64,000 nucleotides of DNA from Ptychomitrium polyphyllum. Taxonomy: Eukaryota. The position numbers were made by a program, and so were the translations under genes. Below, one piece after another: positions 50,396 to 63,768 of this stretch (positions are counted from its first letter, which is position 1; each line of letters starts with the position of its first letter). The notes below the pieces were generated by a model, which was given only the letters and a program-made list of their open reading frames with translations, was not told where the DNA came from and searched no databases. The DNA is taken from positions 8,618,001 through 8,682,000 of the forward strand of contig OZ316776.1 in assembly GCA_973851085.1 (NCBI GenBank). Direction: 5' to 3'.

Positions 50396-53300
50396 ATTGA
50401 GACTATCAGAAAACTTGTATAAGACTATCAGAAAACTCGCGTATTACGTAAATCTGAATGCTCTGGACACTCTTTACTTTAAACTGATATTTGCAATTTG
50501 TTTTATCAGGCATAGTTGGGAAGATATCACCAGCAACCTTGACAGCGGTGGAGACACTTTTAACGTCAGTTGGGAGTGGCTGATATTATGCAATGGCTGC
50601 ATCCGTGGTACAGATGGACGCAGCTGACACTGCGGGAGATATTGCTAGCTTGGTAAGGAACTTGGAGAAAATTTTCACTGTTATTCAGGTGTTTTTATTT
50701 AGCAACTAGATACGCCCACGTCGTGCTTAGAGGCTCAAGAAGCGTATTAACTTCCTCTTTACGCTTGGCTGCTTGTTTCCTGTCTGACTTAATGCAATAC
50801 TCGTACATGCATCGAATAAGAGCTTGCTTTACCATAGGAGCAGGATACAAATGTGATGCTCTCAACTCCAGGAGGAACACAGAACTCCACCATAGCTGCA
50901 TCTTTAGCAATCGACGAGCAACAAGCCAATAATCTTCTGCTGAATGTTGTATAATTTCCGGTCTCCCCAGTTTTCTGAGCTTTCCCTTTAGTAGCCTTAC
51001 CAACTTAGGACCTGAAAGATAGTCATTCTCTAACTATCACGTAGTCTATTTTTATTGAGTGCAGGTTCGTGTGAGTGAGGATTTTGGTTTCCGAGAGAAC
51101 TTGGACTTTGACCGCTACACAAGGTTGCTTGCACCAAGCTTGAATGTCCTTGAGGACGACTGCATCAGGCTTGGTAACCGAACATCCTTCGAGGATTATC
51201 CTTTCACCGATTGAAAGTCTCTTTTTTGAAGCTACACCGACTTAGAAATGTACATGAATGATAGAAGCTGGGAATCATCGAAAAGTCAGCTGTATGTCCA
51301 TTATCTCTGTTCCTGACAGAAAATGTAATTATTTTCTATACCACTAGCAATTCTCTGATCGGCTAGAAGTTTGAAGATTACTCTGTTCGTAGTAGTGTCT
51401 CAGTTGCATGCATATACAATGATGACATGTTCAAAAACCAAAAGGGCATGCGGAAAATCCCTCGTAGTCAAGTGACAAAGTCTTCGGTGTCCTTGAGTTG
51501 ATGTGATGGCTAAGATTTGTATTAAGCGAAAGCTTTCTTGCACATAACTGAAAGTTACAAGCATAAGCTGTAAACTGTGCAACTATTCTTAGCAGCGACT
51601 ACCTGTTTTCTATACGATGTGCACTTCATTGTGACTATGCTCGATTGATTCCACAATATGCTATGACAACAACAATGGAAAAATACGTGTCATTGCTCTT
51701 GCTAAAATTCTAATACGAGGCTGTAACCGTACAATATATCGTATACATCAGAAAATCCGCATACGATTACAACTCGAATCCAGCTGACAAATTATGGGTT
51801 AGCATAGAGGAGAATCAGAGATACACAACTGTACAGCATTGGCAGTATGCACACGTGCAGTATTAAGAATGAACCGTGCCACATCATACACCGATCAAGC
51901 GCCTCGATCATGATCCAATTGAGACCTTAAATTACTTGTCATTAAAAAAGGTTTATTTTCAAACTCAAAAAGAACAAGAGATATCCAGAAGCCAGTTGAC
52001 TTGCATGAATTCCAGCGTGATTGACGGAGCGGTGCCTATTTGTATGGCTTGACGGCCGCTTTGATTTTGGTTGAGACTTCCCAAACCGTGGAGTTGGAGT
52101 GCACACTAGCAGAAGCACCTCGGACACAAGTTCTTGTCTGCACCTGCTCTTTAATAACCCAAGTTTGAAGAGTCTTCAGCGAAGGAGCTCCACCTGACTT
52201 GGCCAAAGTTGCCTAACACCATGAAACTCACATCCCCAACATCCCTAACAGGTGTTTTCGAGGCATCCACCGCAGGATCATTGGTCATGCATTCGTTTTA
52301 CTTTTAATAACTGTCTGAATTGGTCTCATTCTCATCTAAAAGGCTGTCTGATAGGCTGGGTTAAATGATTCCTTAGAAAGCATTTGATGCGTTCAAGGAG
52401 CAGCTCTATTGAGTTGGGAACTCAAGTTAGCTTTCGGGGACTGAACTCCCTTCATCGTGCTCACTCCTAATATTTGTTTCCGTTGAAGTACAACCTTTTT
52501 GATGACTTCTTCAGCGTTTCTGGTGACTAGTATATTGCCTTTGAGTATATTCAAAGGCATCACCAAGATTTCAGAAACTGGCAGAAACAGACTATACAGA
52601 GTACTCTGGAGAGGATTTGAAAAACATTCACTTCACAGCAGATGATAGATTTCACCCGATCTGCATATTAAAGATATCAATCTCTTTCAGTAATGCCCAC
52701 TGCCACACTGGTACTATCAAACCATTAATATTTTATTGCTCAAATAAATATTCACCTGCAGAAAATCGTAATTTTGTCGAATCCCAAGCATAGCCGGTGA
52801 CAAGGATCCTCACATCGTGCAAGAGAACGTCGCCCACTTCTCAGAAATTTTGTGAGCATCAAGATCCAGAACAACTGATCCAGAAGTCAAGCCTTTTGGT
52901 ATAGAAAAAAATGTTCAAGGAGTCGTGGAGCCTGACTTGAGTTACCTGTGTTCTACAGGGTTTGGATGGAGTACAGTCAGAGACTGTCGATTTCCTAGAA
53001 ATGCTACTTGCTACACTATAATAGTATTCTGAGGTGTCGTGTAATGATTCGGTAAATACTTGGGATTCTTCAATATCCATTGTCAAGCATCTAAGATCTA
53101 AAATTACTAGAATAATCCACACATGCACACCCAAGCATCGGTTATGACGTACTGACGTTACTTCGGGGTTGGTTTCTCCGACACGCGGGAGGCGTACCAG
53201 TAAAGGCTGCCGCTTCGGAGCTCTGTACTTGACCAAATTGCGGGTTGAAGAGTTCAGATGCGCAACGCTATCTTGCCTCGTTACAGCTCAGCACGCTGGT

Positions 53301-54141
53301 GTAAGCTTAGCTGCTTATGTGGTGATGCTAGTCTCAATTGATGGCCTGATTTCTGGATTATACTTCAAACTTTGATGACTCTGGTCGACCGAACTGCTGA
53401 ATTCAGCACACAAAGCAGATCGGTTGCTTCAACTAGGTTCAATCGAGTCACGGAGATTAATTACGAAGCAGTAGTGATTGCTCTTCGGAGTTAACTAGTG
53501 TGATTATGAAACTGTGTGAGTGGAAAGTTCTAGAATCCTAGAAGTTTGTTTGAGGTAGAACTCCTGTAAGTTGTGTGTTAGTATTGTGGGTCACCTGTAC
53601 TCGAAATAAGAGCTTGGGGTACTGACTGTTTGAGTGGTGGCTAAAATTAACTTGAGGGTACTCACTCAACTCATCAGAGTACATGATGTTTACCTTTGTT
53701 GCAAAACCGTGTGGGAATGCATGTCTCTTGTCTAGCAAGTGATCGCCGTTAATTCTACTTCTCAAAAGCAGTTTAGTATAAAGGTTTCTAGGTCCTAGGA
53801 TTGAGGGTTATAGGCTTCTTGTAAGAGTATGGTTAGCAGATATGGTTGAGTGATTTCTCATCTGTTAGGTTGAGTACAAGGGCTTTTTAATGACCCAAGT
53901 GGTAATCACTAGACATGAGAGAATTTTTTTCTAAATTGGAGCAGTGTTGTGAGTACTGTGAGGTCGACAGACGACTGCGCAAGAAATTTCTCTGAAGTAT
54001 TGACCTTGGATTGACAGTAGGACGAAACTGGTTCACTACCTCTGTACTCGGCACCCTTACGATGTTGTGTGGAGAATATTCTGGAAAGAGTTTATGGCAA
54101 GGAAGATCAATCCTGATGGAGGTGAGTGGATTGTGCAGACA

Positions 54142-57100
54142 ATGGCGCAACGACCAGTACTACGGCGCTTGAACAGCATCCAGGAGCGAGTGCAGAGTGC
54201 AGTGCAAGAGCATCGCAACATAATCCTTGATCTCCTCTCTCGATATGTCAAACAGGGGCGAACTATCCTGCAACCCCATCATCTCCTTGATGAGCTGAAC
54301 AACATCACCGAAGTGGACAAGGCTACAGAGATAAAGGACAGCGCATTTGGGCTCCTACTGCTCAACTCTCAGGTATACTTACTCTTGCTCAGCAGTCGAT
54401 TAATTATCATCCCAAGCTTCTCATTTAAGTTGAGAGGTTACAGACACATATTTTGAGTCTTGCATGTTTTAAAATGCTTGACCTGATGTTTAAATGCAAC
54501 GCAGGAGGCTATGGTGCTGCCGCCTTGGGTGGGATTTGCTGTGCGTCCAAGGCCTGGAATCTGGGAATACTTGCGCATCAACGTGGAGGAGCTTACTTTG
54601 GAGGAGCTTACTGTTTCTGAGTATTTGGGGTTCAAAGAACAGCTTTCTAATGACACCGAGTATGTTTCTTGCCCCTTCTGTTCATTTCTGGATCCCCTGT
54701 TTTCGAGGTTGAGAATTTGCAAGTGAACTGCGCTGATTGAATTACCGGACGTCTGCAGTGTTCGTGATCCTTTCGTGCTGGAGCTCGATTTCGCGCCTTT
54801 CAATGCCAATTTTCCTCACATGACAAGGCCCTCATCGATCGGTCACGGTGTCGAATTCTTGAATCGGCATTTGTCCTCAAAACTATTTCAAACCGCTGAT
54901 GGTATCGACCCACTGTTTCAGTTTCTTCGCATGCACACATATCGTGGACAGGTATTTTCATTGGACTTTCCATTTCAAGGTTCAAGGTTCTGCCCATTGC
55001 AAAAAAGTGGAGTTCTTTTGAAAGTAGGGTTTAGAACATTGCAGCTTGGTTTTTGTCACTCTTTCAATAATATGGGGTCGATGCAGACTTTGATGCTCAA
55101 TGACCGAATTACGAGTTTGGTGAGGCTGCGTCCACAATTGGTGAAAGCGGAGGAAGCTCTAAACAAGCTCCCAGAGGATACTCCATTTGCTGACTTCGCA
55201 CACAAGTACGTGATTTCGCTAACTGTTAGTGCTTGCGGGTTGCCTTAAGTATAGGTACACACTGATAATGCATTGGTCTACTTATATAGGTAGCTAAACA
55301 TTCAAGTTCGGACGCAATATTTGAAGGGAACTGATGATGCACTTGGGTGCCTCAAGAAATATTAATAATCGTGTGATCTATGTCCGAAGTGCAGTTCACG
55401 ATATGTGCTTTACGTGCAGATTGCAAGAGCTAGGGTTGGAGAAGGGATGGGGAAATACCGCAGGTCGTGTTTTGGACACAATCAAAATGCTGGAAGATCT
55501 ACTCCAAGCCCCCGATCCTGACACCTTAGAGAAGTTTCTTGCCCGCATTCCCATGGTCTTTAGTGTTGTGATTGTTACACCCCATGGGTACTTTGGTCAA
55601 GATGCTGTCCTCGGCTTGCCGGATACTGGTGGCCAGGTATGTACCTCACGTCAAATTATGCAAGTGAGTTTCTGGTACCTATGCAATTTTATTTACCATG
55701 ACGCATTCTTTGACTGGAGATATTGCTTGCGTTGATGATTATGTGGAGCGTAGGTAGTTTACATCTTGGACCAAGTGAGAGCTCTGGAGAGTGAGATGCT
55801 TGAGAATCTACAGCTGCAAGGACTGGACATCATACCGAAGATCGTCATAGTAAGACCTGCTTTCTGGAAATACCGCAATCCCAATAATTGCAACTTTCTC
55901 ATCAGAGATGTGTTGCCGTTGCTTCTGCATATCTGATTATTCAGCTCACTAAATCGTTCAGCTGCAATACTAATAGGGTTTGGTTGGACACAATGTCTGT
56001 TTTTTCGCAGCTGACGCGTCTCATCCCCAACGCCATTGGAACGACCTGCAACCAGCGAATTGAAAAGGTTCATGGCAGTCGGTTTTCACATATCTTACGT
56101 ATCCCTTTCCGTCACGATGGCAAAATCTTAAAGAACTGGATTTCTCGGTTCGATGTTTACCCCTACTTGGAAACATACGCACAGGTCAGACCAAATACCC
56201 CAAGTTCATTTGAGCGTCACCTGCACCTCTTATCTGTGACGTTATAACCATTGAGATTGTCCATAATCTGACGAGAATGAAAATGGTCTATCTGTAAACA
56301 GGAGGCTGCAAGTGAAATTTGTGCCGATCTCTCGGGTCCACCTGATCTGATTATTGGAAACTACAGCGATGGAAACCTCGTGGCCACTTTACTTTGTCAA
56401 CATCTCGGTGTGACGCAGGTTTATATATCAATATTACTTCCACTTGTTGATGGCATTCGGGCAGAGATGAAATCCGCTGGGTTTTGCGGATATCTGACTC
56501 TTAAAAACAATTCTCTAAGATCTAACCTACCTCCACTAATTTTGCAGTGTACCATTGCCCACGCATTGGAGAAGACGAAATATCCAGATTCAGACATCTA
56601 CTGGAAGAACTATGATGAGAAGTACCATTTCTCATGCCAATTCACTGCTGACCTCATTGCCATGAATCATGCCGATTTTATCATCACCAGCACCTACCAA
56701 GAGATTGCTGGCAGTGCTAAAACTGTTGGGCAATACGAGAGCCATCAGGCATTCACTTTACCAGGTCTCTACCGAGTCGTGAATGGCATCAACGTTTTCG
56801 ATCCTAAGTTCAACATCGTCTCACCAGGAGCCGACATGAACGTCTATTACCCCTTCACAGAGAAAGATAAACGTCTCACAAAACTTCATCCAACCATCGA
56901 AGACCTACTGTTCGGCACTGAGCAGACAGACGAGCACATGTTAGTCTGCAATCCCAGTTCATTGGCAACATAAGTTTTTCACTTACTGTAGAAAGATTAG
57001 AACCTTGCCAAGTATATACAACAATCTCATTTCCACTGGTTATCATGCGATTAATAAAACGTTTGGTGGGCATGCAGCGGTGATATCGAAAAAGGCAAGC

Positions 57101-58204
57101 CGATTATTTTCACAATGGCACGTCTGGACAGAGTAAAGAATCTCACCGGCCTGGTGGAGCTCTACGGGAAGAACAAGGAACTCCAGGAACTGACGAACCT
57201 GGTGATCGTCGGAGGCGAAATCGATCCTGTGAAGTCGAAGGACCGAGAAGAAGTGAAAGAGATTGAGAAAATGCACAATATCATCAAGGAGTACAACTTA
57301 CACAACCACTTCAGATGGATCCGATCTCAGACCAACCGCATCCAGAACGGGGAGCTGTACCGCTACATCGCAGATGGAGGCGGTGTTTTTGTTCAACCTG
57401 CACTCTACGAAGGCTTCGGTCTCACAGTGGTGGAAGCCATGACATGCGGCCTCCCCACATTCGCAACCATGCACGGCGGCCCTGCAGAGATCATTCAAAA
57501 CGGGATCTCAGGTTTCCACATTGATCCTTACCATCCAGACAGCGTCTCTGAAGTGCTTGTTTCTTTCTTCGAGAAAATGAAATCCGACCCATCAGTCTGG
57601 ACGAAAGTCTCTGAAGCCGCTCTGAAACGCATATACTCCAGGTGAGTATGGCATTATCACATTCATGATCATATACTCGCCCTACACTCCCCTGAGTATA
57701 TTCTGGGTGAGTATATGGCGAAAAGTGAGGATTATATCACCATCACAAATGGAAACCTAAAAAAATCCTGAATATTTTTGTGTGCAGCTTTACGTGGAAA
57801 CTTTATGCTGAACGCTTGATGACACTCACCCGCGTCTACGGCTTCTGGAAGTTCGTCTCCAATCTGCACAGACGCGAAGCGCGACGATACTTGGAGATGT
57901 TCTATATTCTTAAATACCGTGAACTGGTATGAAACCCTTAAACCCTAACCCTATATCTTAATACTAAATTTTCACTCTTTCCATTCTAGTCTAGCTTATC
58001 TTGGGAAATTTAAAAGGTGGATCTTACGCTCACATTGATTTGCATCAGGTCAAGTCAGTGCCGCTCTCGAAAGACGATGAAAGTCCAGCAGAGAAGACGG
58101 AGAAGAAAGCCAGCATGGGACCGTCTCCTGATGCAGCCGTTGTTGGAGTTCCGTTACCAGGAGCGGAGGTGAAGAAAGCAATCCTTCATGAACACAAACA
58201 CTAG
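54142..58204 (+). CDS. SUS: Sucrose synthase (GT4), 12 exons
   Basis: Exons 54142-54372, 54505-54659, 54759-54951, 55087-55205, 55420-55636, 55754-55849, 56011-56184, 56302-56418, 56548-56939, 57078-57641, 57788-57926, 58049-58204, all GT-AG and in phase. Motifs: [118 protein letters not shown]. An upstream ATG at 54094 is an alternative start. Confidence 0.97.
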
Positions 58205-58302
58205 CAACCTCACAGCGATCTGCTCCAACTTCCATCGCAAGAACGCCATCCCTTCTTCGAGAATGCTGTGCGAGTAGAACTGGGATGCATCGGACAAGAA
58301 GC

Positions 58303-58480
58303 CAGATTCTTGGACGACAAGGGAATTTTTTGGACGATAAGTGGGAAATGTTGACGACACGTGGGCGTGTCGACGCAACGTCGTCTGATTTGGACAAGAA
58401 TTAGCTGATTTGGACGTGAATTGGCTGATTTGGACGTGAATTGGCTGATTTGGACGTGAATTGGCTGATTTGGACGAGAA
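58303..58480 (+). repeat. 20-bp minisatellite (CTGATTTGGACGTGAATTGG) about x5, plus degenerate upstream copies, in the SUS 3' region
   Basis: Near-perfect units 58385-58480; looser ttggacga / ttgacga units from about 58303. Confidence 0.9.
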
Positions 58481-60599
58481 CCGAGTCGTTTGCTTCCTGT
58501 GAAATCACTTCTCCCCGGTTCTGGATGAGAAAAGGATTGTTCGGGAGACAAACTGGTTTTAGGGTTCGAGGTCTATGGTATGGTGATAGTATCCGGCTTT
58601 GTATGTAGTGTAATGGTATGGGGTTTGTATGTAATGTAATGGTATTAGGTTGCTTTGGCAATGCAAATGAAAAATCCAAAATGATCTTTTGGGAGGAAAT
58701 AAGTAATTAAGGAGATGTTTACATTGTTGACTTTCATTTTTGGTGAAGCAAGTTGTTTGGTGTTTGGAACAGGAACTTCAAAATTGAAAAGTGAAAAGCA
58801 ATAATGCGAGTATGGACAAAAAGTTTTTACTTTGCAGTTTCTTTGGAATTCATGTTGAATATTCTGAATAATTCAATTTGATAAACTTGGAGCAATGTTT
58901 AATGTTTTTTTGTTTTGCTTAATACAAAACGATTTTATGTAAGATAAATACCAATAGAATAATTTTGATAAACTTCTAAAAAGCACGTTTAAGTTAATAC
59001 TGGTTTAGTATATTCCACAACTAATAGACAGGTAATTTATTATGTATTATTATCTCATGTTTTAAAAAACCAACCTTAATACTTTAGAAAGAGATTACTA
59101 AAAGAAATTATTGAAAGTTCAAAGCTAAATTTTAAATATATTTTTGCAACTTTATATATTATGGGATTTATCAAATAAATGTATTTGTGTTTATATATAT
59201 ATAATTCCATTTTATATTGCTCATATTAAGGAATTTTTAATTTTGTTTAATCTTAGTTTTTTTAATTCAATAATTAAAATTAATAAATTTTAATACCTCA
59301 ATAGTACAAAATGTATCTGAAATTGAAATTTTTGTATTATTAGTAAAACCTAAGCTTAAAATTAATATTATTGAATCTTTCTAAATTTTGAAATAAAAAT
59401 GGAATGAATCAAATTATGTGTTGAAGTAGCAATAATGTAACTATATATATTATTAATAATATTATGAATATTATAAGTGAAAATGATGACAATGATAGTA
59501 ATAATAATAAATAATGTTGTCAAAAGAAATTTACCGAATCTTTCTAAATATCATAAATATGAAATTTTTATTTTGCTTGTAGTATTTAGATGAATTATTT
59601 ATATTACTATTAAATATAAGTATAGTTTTAAATTATGAGATTTCTTATATGGTTTATTTTAAAGGTCAAGCTATAAAAATATTGGTCATAAGTATTTTTA
59701 ATGAATTTTTTTCTTTACAATTTCTTTGCAATGATATTTTTATACATTTGATTAATAAACTGTGATTCAATTTCATACCACTATGTAATTTATTTTTTAA
59801 TGTTGCAATATATATAAATAAATACATCATATTTCAAAGTTAAACTTGTTCAATGGTTTTTTTTTTAAAAATTATTTACCAATATATATTATACTATATT
59901 ATATTATATTATTTTATCAAAATTTTGCAATTAAAAAAAAAATATATTATTTCAATATGGTACTAATAAGTGAATGCAAACTATACACTGATGATTGTAG
60001 ATTATATAAGGACATCAAACACATTGTTTTAACTTCAATTTGATTAAATATAAACATTCATAACAATTTATGAAAACAATTAAAAAGAAGTATTTTTTAG
60101 TTTTTTTTTAATTTGAAGCAAAAGAAGGTTGTATATTCTACATTTTTGCTTACAATGAAGAATAAAATTCCCTAATTTTTAATGCAATGGCAATTATAAC
60201 TCTTAAAAAAAGTTAGTAGGCTAAAAATGCTATTATATGATAATGATAGTAGGCAAGCGCTCCATGTCAATACATATAATATATGTTATTACATATTATT
60301 TAGTAAGACCTTTAGTTATAATAATAAACCAATATATTAGATCATTTTCAAGCATTCATCCGCTCAATATACCAACATATGCATAAGTTCATCTAAAATA
60401 AGTAAAATTTAGAAAGTTTATGCACCAAATCACTAAATTAGCCTCATGCCTTCATCCATTCACGCTCACATGGCCTCATTCCCTGCTACGTGCCATTTCC
60501 ATTTTCCTGAGTGAGACACTTCATGCAATCTTTAATGCGTCGTCCCATGACTGAGAACACCTCCGGACCCAAAAAAAACGAACCTCCCAATGGAATGGG

Positions 60600-60795
60600 T
60601 CCGAACAGAACAGAACCACTACACAGCAGAACAAAACAGGACAGAATCGAACACAACAGGGCAAAACAGAACAGAACAGAACAGAGCAGAACCGAACAGA
60701 ATAGAACAGAGCAGAACCGAACAGAAAAGAGCAGAACAGAACAGAAAAGAGCAGAACCGAACAGAAAAGAGCAGAACCGAAGAGGGCAGAACAGG
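60600..60795. repeat. Degenerate (AGAAC/AGAGC)n pentamer microsatellite upstream of NAGS
   Basis: Directly visible; it explains the low-complexity ORFs on both strands. Confidence 0.9.
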
Positions 60796-61135
60796 GCAGG
60801 CGGGAATGGGGGAGGGTGCAAAGGGGGGGAAGCATGGGAGCCGAGGGGGGATGGGAAGCAGCGACCAGGGAAGCGAGCGAGAGAATTTGTTGTTGTTGGC
60901 GTGGAGTGCAGAGCCAGCTCGGGTGCTGTGGGACCATTGTGGAGCTTTGGATTTCTGGGGCATAGTGCTCGGGGCTGGAGCATGGCCTGCGTTCTGTGAT
61001 CCAGGGCGGCGCTGGAGCTCGGTCTTCTGTTTGGTTGTGGCCGTGGATCGCAATGTGTTTCCGTGAGGATCTGCGTTGCAGCCCCAGGTTTGTAGTGGGG
61101 TTTGCAGTGTTCGGGAATTAGGGAGCGAGTGGCGA

Positions 61136-63768
61136 ATGGTGGTGCGCATGGCGATTGCGGTGGGCGCCGGGAGATTTGCAACGCGGGTAGGATTCTGTGT
61201 CCTTGACGCGGAGAGCAGCAGGAGAGATGTGGGGCGCGGGCCTCTCAGGAGTTCTGATGATGGACTTGTGGGGCTGCGACGGTGGAGTAGCGCGCAGTGT
61301 GCGCCACTTCGGACAGAGTGTGATCGCGCGACGAGGTGTTATTGCTGGTCGAGTCAGAAGGGACAGGGACAGGGGCAGGGGCAGAATACGAAGAACGGAT
61401 CCTCTGCTGCGGGAAACGTGCCGTATGTCAATTGGTTTCGAGAAGCGTGGCCTTACATCCAAGGGCATCGCGGGAGCACCTTTGTAGTCGTCATACCTGG
61501 CGAAGTTGTTGAGAATAGGTCTGGTCTTGAGAGCATTCTTCAGGTACGTCATGGGCTCAATGGATGTTTGAAATTTGTGGTTGTCATTTTTCTTGGTTCT
61601 TTGGGTTTGACATGCATCTATGTTTGCTTGCAGGACATAGCTCTTCTGCATGGTCTTGGCATTAAGCTGGTCATTGTGCCAGGCACACACGTCCAAATTG
61701 ATAAGCTCTTGAAAGAGAGAGGTGATTGATTTCTTCTTATTACGGTGATACTCGCGGATTGATCGACTGGTCGGGGTTTAGGCTTTCTAAGTTCTGCGTG
61801 TCTTTGCTTGTCAGCGAGGTGTTCGTGCAGATTACGGGCTGTTTTTTCAGCAACTTATGTCCATAGCTCGCAGGGTTTGAGCCGCAGTATCTGGGAGCAT
61901 ATCGAATAACGGACGATCAAGCACTGCAGGCTTCAATGGAAGCTGCTGGCAAGATTCGCGTTGACATCGAAGCTAAGCTCTCGAGAGGGCCTTCTATTCC
62001 AATACTTCGGCGCCACGGTTCGAGTGACCGACGGCATGAAGTGGGCGTGAGCATCTCTAGCGGCAATTTCGTAACTGCAAAGGTTCCTATGCTTAGACCC
62101 TTTCGAGCTTTGGAAATGGATAGCCATTAAATGATTAGAACGCTAGGTTCTCAATTCAAACAAGGTTTGTAACTTGCTATTACTTGTGAAAGAGTGATTG
62201 TATAGTGCGATTAATTTAACTTGTATCAAGCAATATGGGACAAGGGAACTGGATGTCTTGGTATACTTGCTACTCTAGGTCATTTAGTAGTAGTTTATAT
62301 GAAAAGGTATGTGGAGATTCTGGAAAAACTGCGGTTTTTGTTTGAACGTGGTGATGTGATCATGCTGGAGCAGCCCAGAGGTGTGGTAAACGGAATTGAT
62401 TTCCTATCCACTGGAGAAGTAAAGAAGATCAATGTTTCTCGAATCAAAGAACGACTGGACAGTAATTGTATTGTAATGCTCAGCAACTTGGGATACTCAG
62501 CCTCTGGCGAGGTCCTCAACTGTAAGTAAGTGATATTACTTCCTTTTCTTGTTTTTCTGCTACAGGCGTCATGGGGCCTTCACTACTTATGTAATTGGGC
62601 CCTTTTCCAGCAATCTCCTCTTCCTAGTGTTGATCTACATGAACCGAATTCCAAAGCATCAACTGAACTCTCATCTTAAGTTGGCTTCTGTGTCTTGCAG
62701 CACTTATGAAGTGGCAACAGCTTGCGCAACAGCTCTTCAAGCCGACAAGCTTCTTTGCTTATTGGATGGTCCAGTATGTGACGAAAATGGACGTTTAGTA
62801 AGGTTTATGACTTTAAATGAGGCAGACCAACTCATACGAAAGCGTGCAAGGCAAAGCTACACTGCTGCTGACTATGTGAAAGCTGTCGCTGGACCAGGAT
62901 ACGTTAAAAGCCTCGGTCTGGAGACGAAATGCAATGGTTCTTTACGTGATGAATCTGGTTCTAGTGCCTCTAACGTGACCAAGGAGCCCGATTTGAAGAC
63001 CGGACATGAACACCTTGATTCTTATATTAGTGGTAATGTGTACAGTCTGGAGGGTTCATCCAATGGTCAGACTAAGAGTAGTAGCACAACCCAACAAGGT
63101 TTTGCTATTGGTGGACATGAGCGGTTAATTCGAACGCATGCATACTTATCCGAGCTTACAGCAGCCGTCTATGTTTGTCGAGTAAGTTTAAATCTGCATT
63201 AACTTGTAGCAACTAAGGCCTAGAGGTTTTTAGTGCTTACTTTGATTCTACGCTGCTATTGCGTGAAGTTCTTTAAAGTATTAGGATTTCCTTATTCATC
63301 CTTAACATCTTGGTAGAAGGTTTAATATTTTGAGGAATTCAGGGATGATGAACTGACTGTTTGATGCTGTTGGTATATTCTGGAAGGGTGGTGTGGGTCG
63401 TGTTCACCTATTAGACAGTAACATTCAGGGAGCTTTGCTGCTTGAGCTCTACACTCGTGATGGTGTTGGAACAATGATTTCTAGGTGCATCTCAGAATTT
63501 GTATTTTCTTGTCTCATGTTTCCATTACCAAATCTCTGACAACTTATTGCAGATGTGGTGTATTTTCTCGGTTTGCCCTATTTTGAAAAAGGTTAGAGTA
63601 CTTGTGTCCATCGTGAGCCCTTTTGACGCCGGAGTCTATTGTGATGATTACAACAGTGATATGTACGAAGGCACACGACCAGCAAATAGGAATGATGTAG
63701 TTAGTATAGAGCAACTGCTTCGTCCTCTGGAAGAAAATGGAGTTTTGATCCACCGTTCTCGTGAGCAG
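61136..63768 (+). CDS. NAGS: N-acetylglutamate synthase (amino-acid acetyltransferase), plastid type; 3' end beyond the window
   Basis: Exons 61136-61543, 61634-61721, 61874-62082, 62374-62525, 62701-63181, 63387-63484, 63657-63768. Motifs: [95 protein letters not shown]. Arg/Ser-rich transit-peptide-like N-terminus. Confidence 0.93.

Noticed and set aside
58385..58480. Regular 20-bp repeats superficially like a CRISPR array
   Set aside because: Head-to-tail units with no unique spacers, no cas genes, and a eukaryotic context.
60486..61181. Several 140-230-aa ORFs on both strands (RTEQN / FCSVL repeats)
   Set aside because: Produced by the stop-free pentamer microsatellite.
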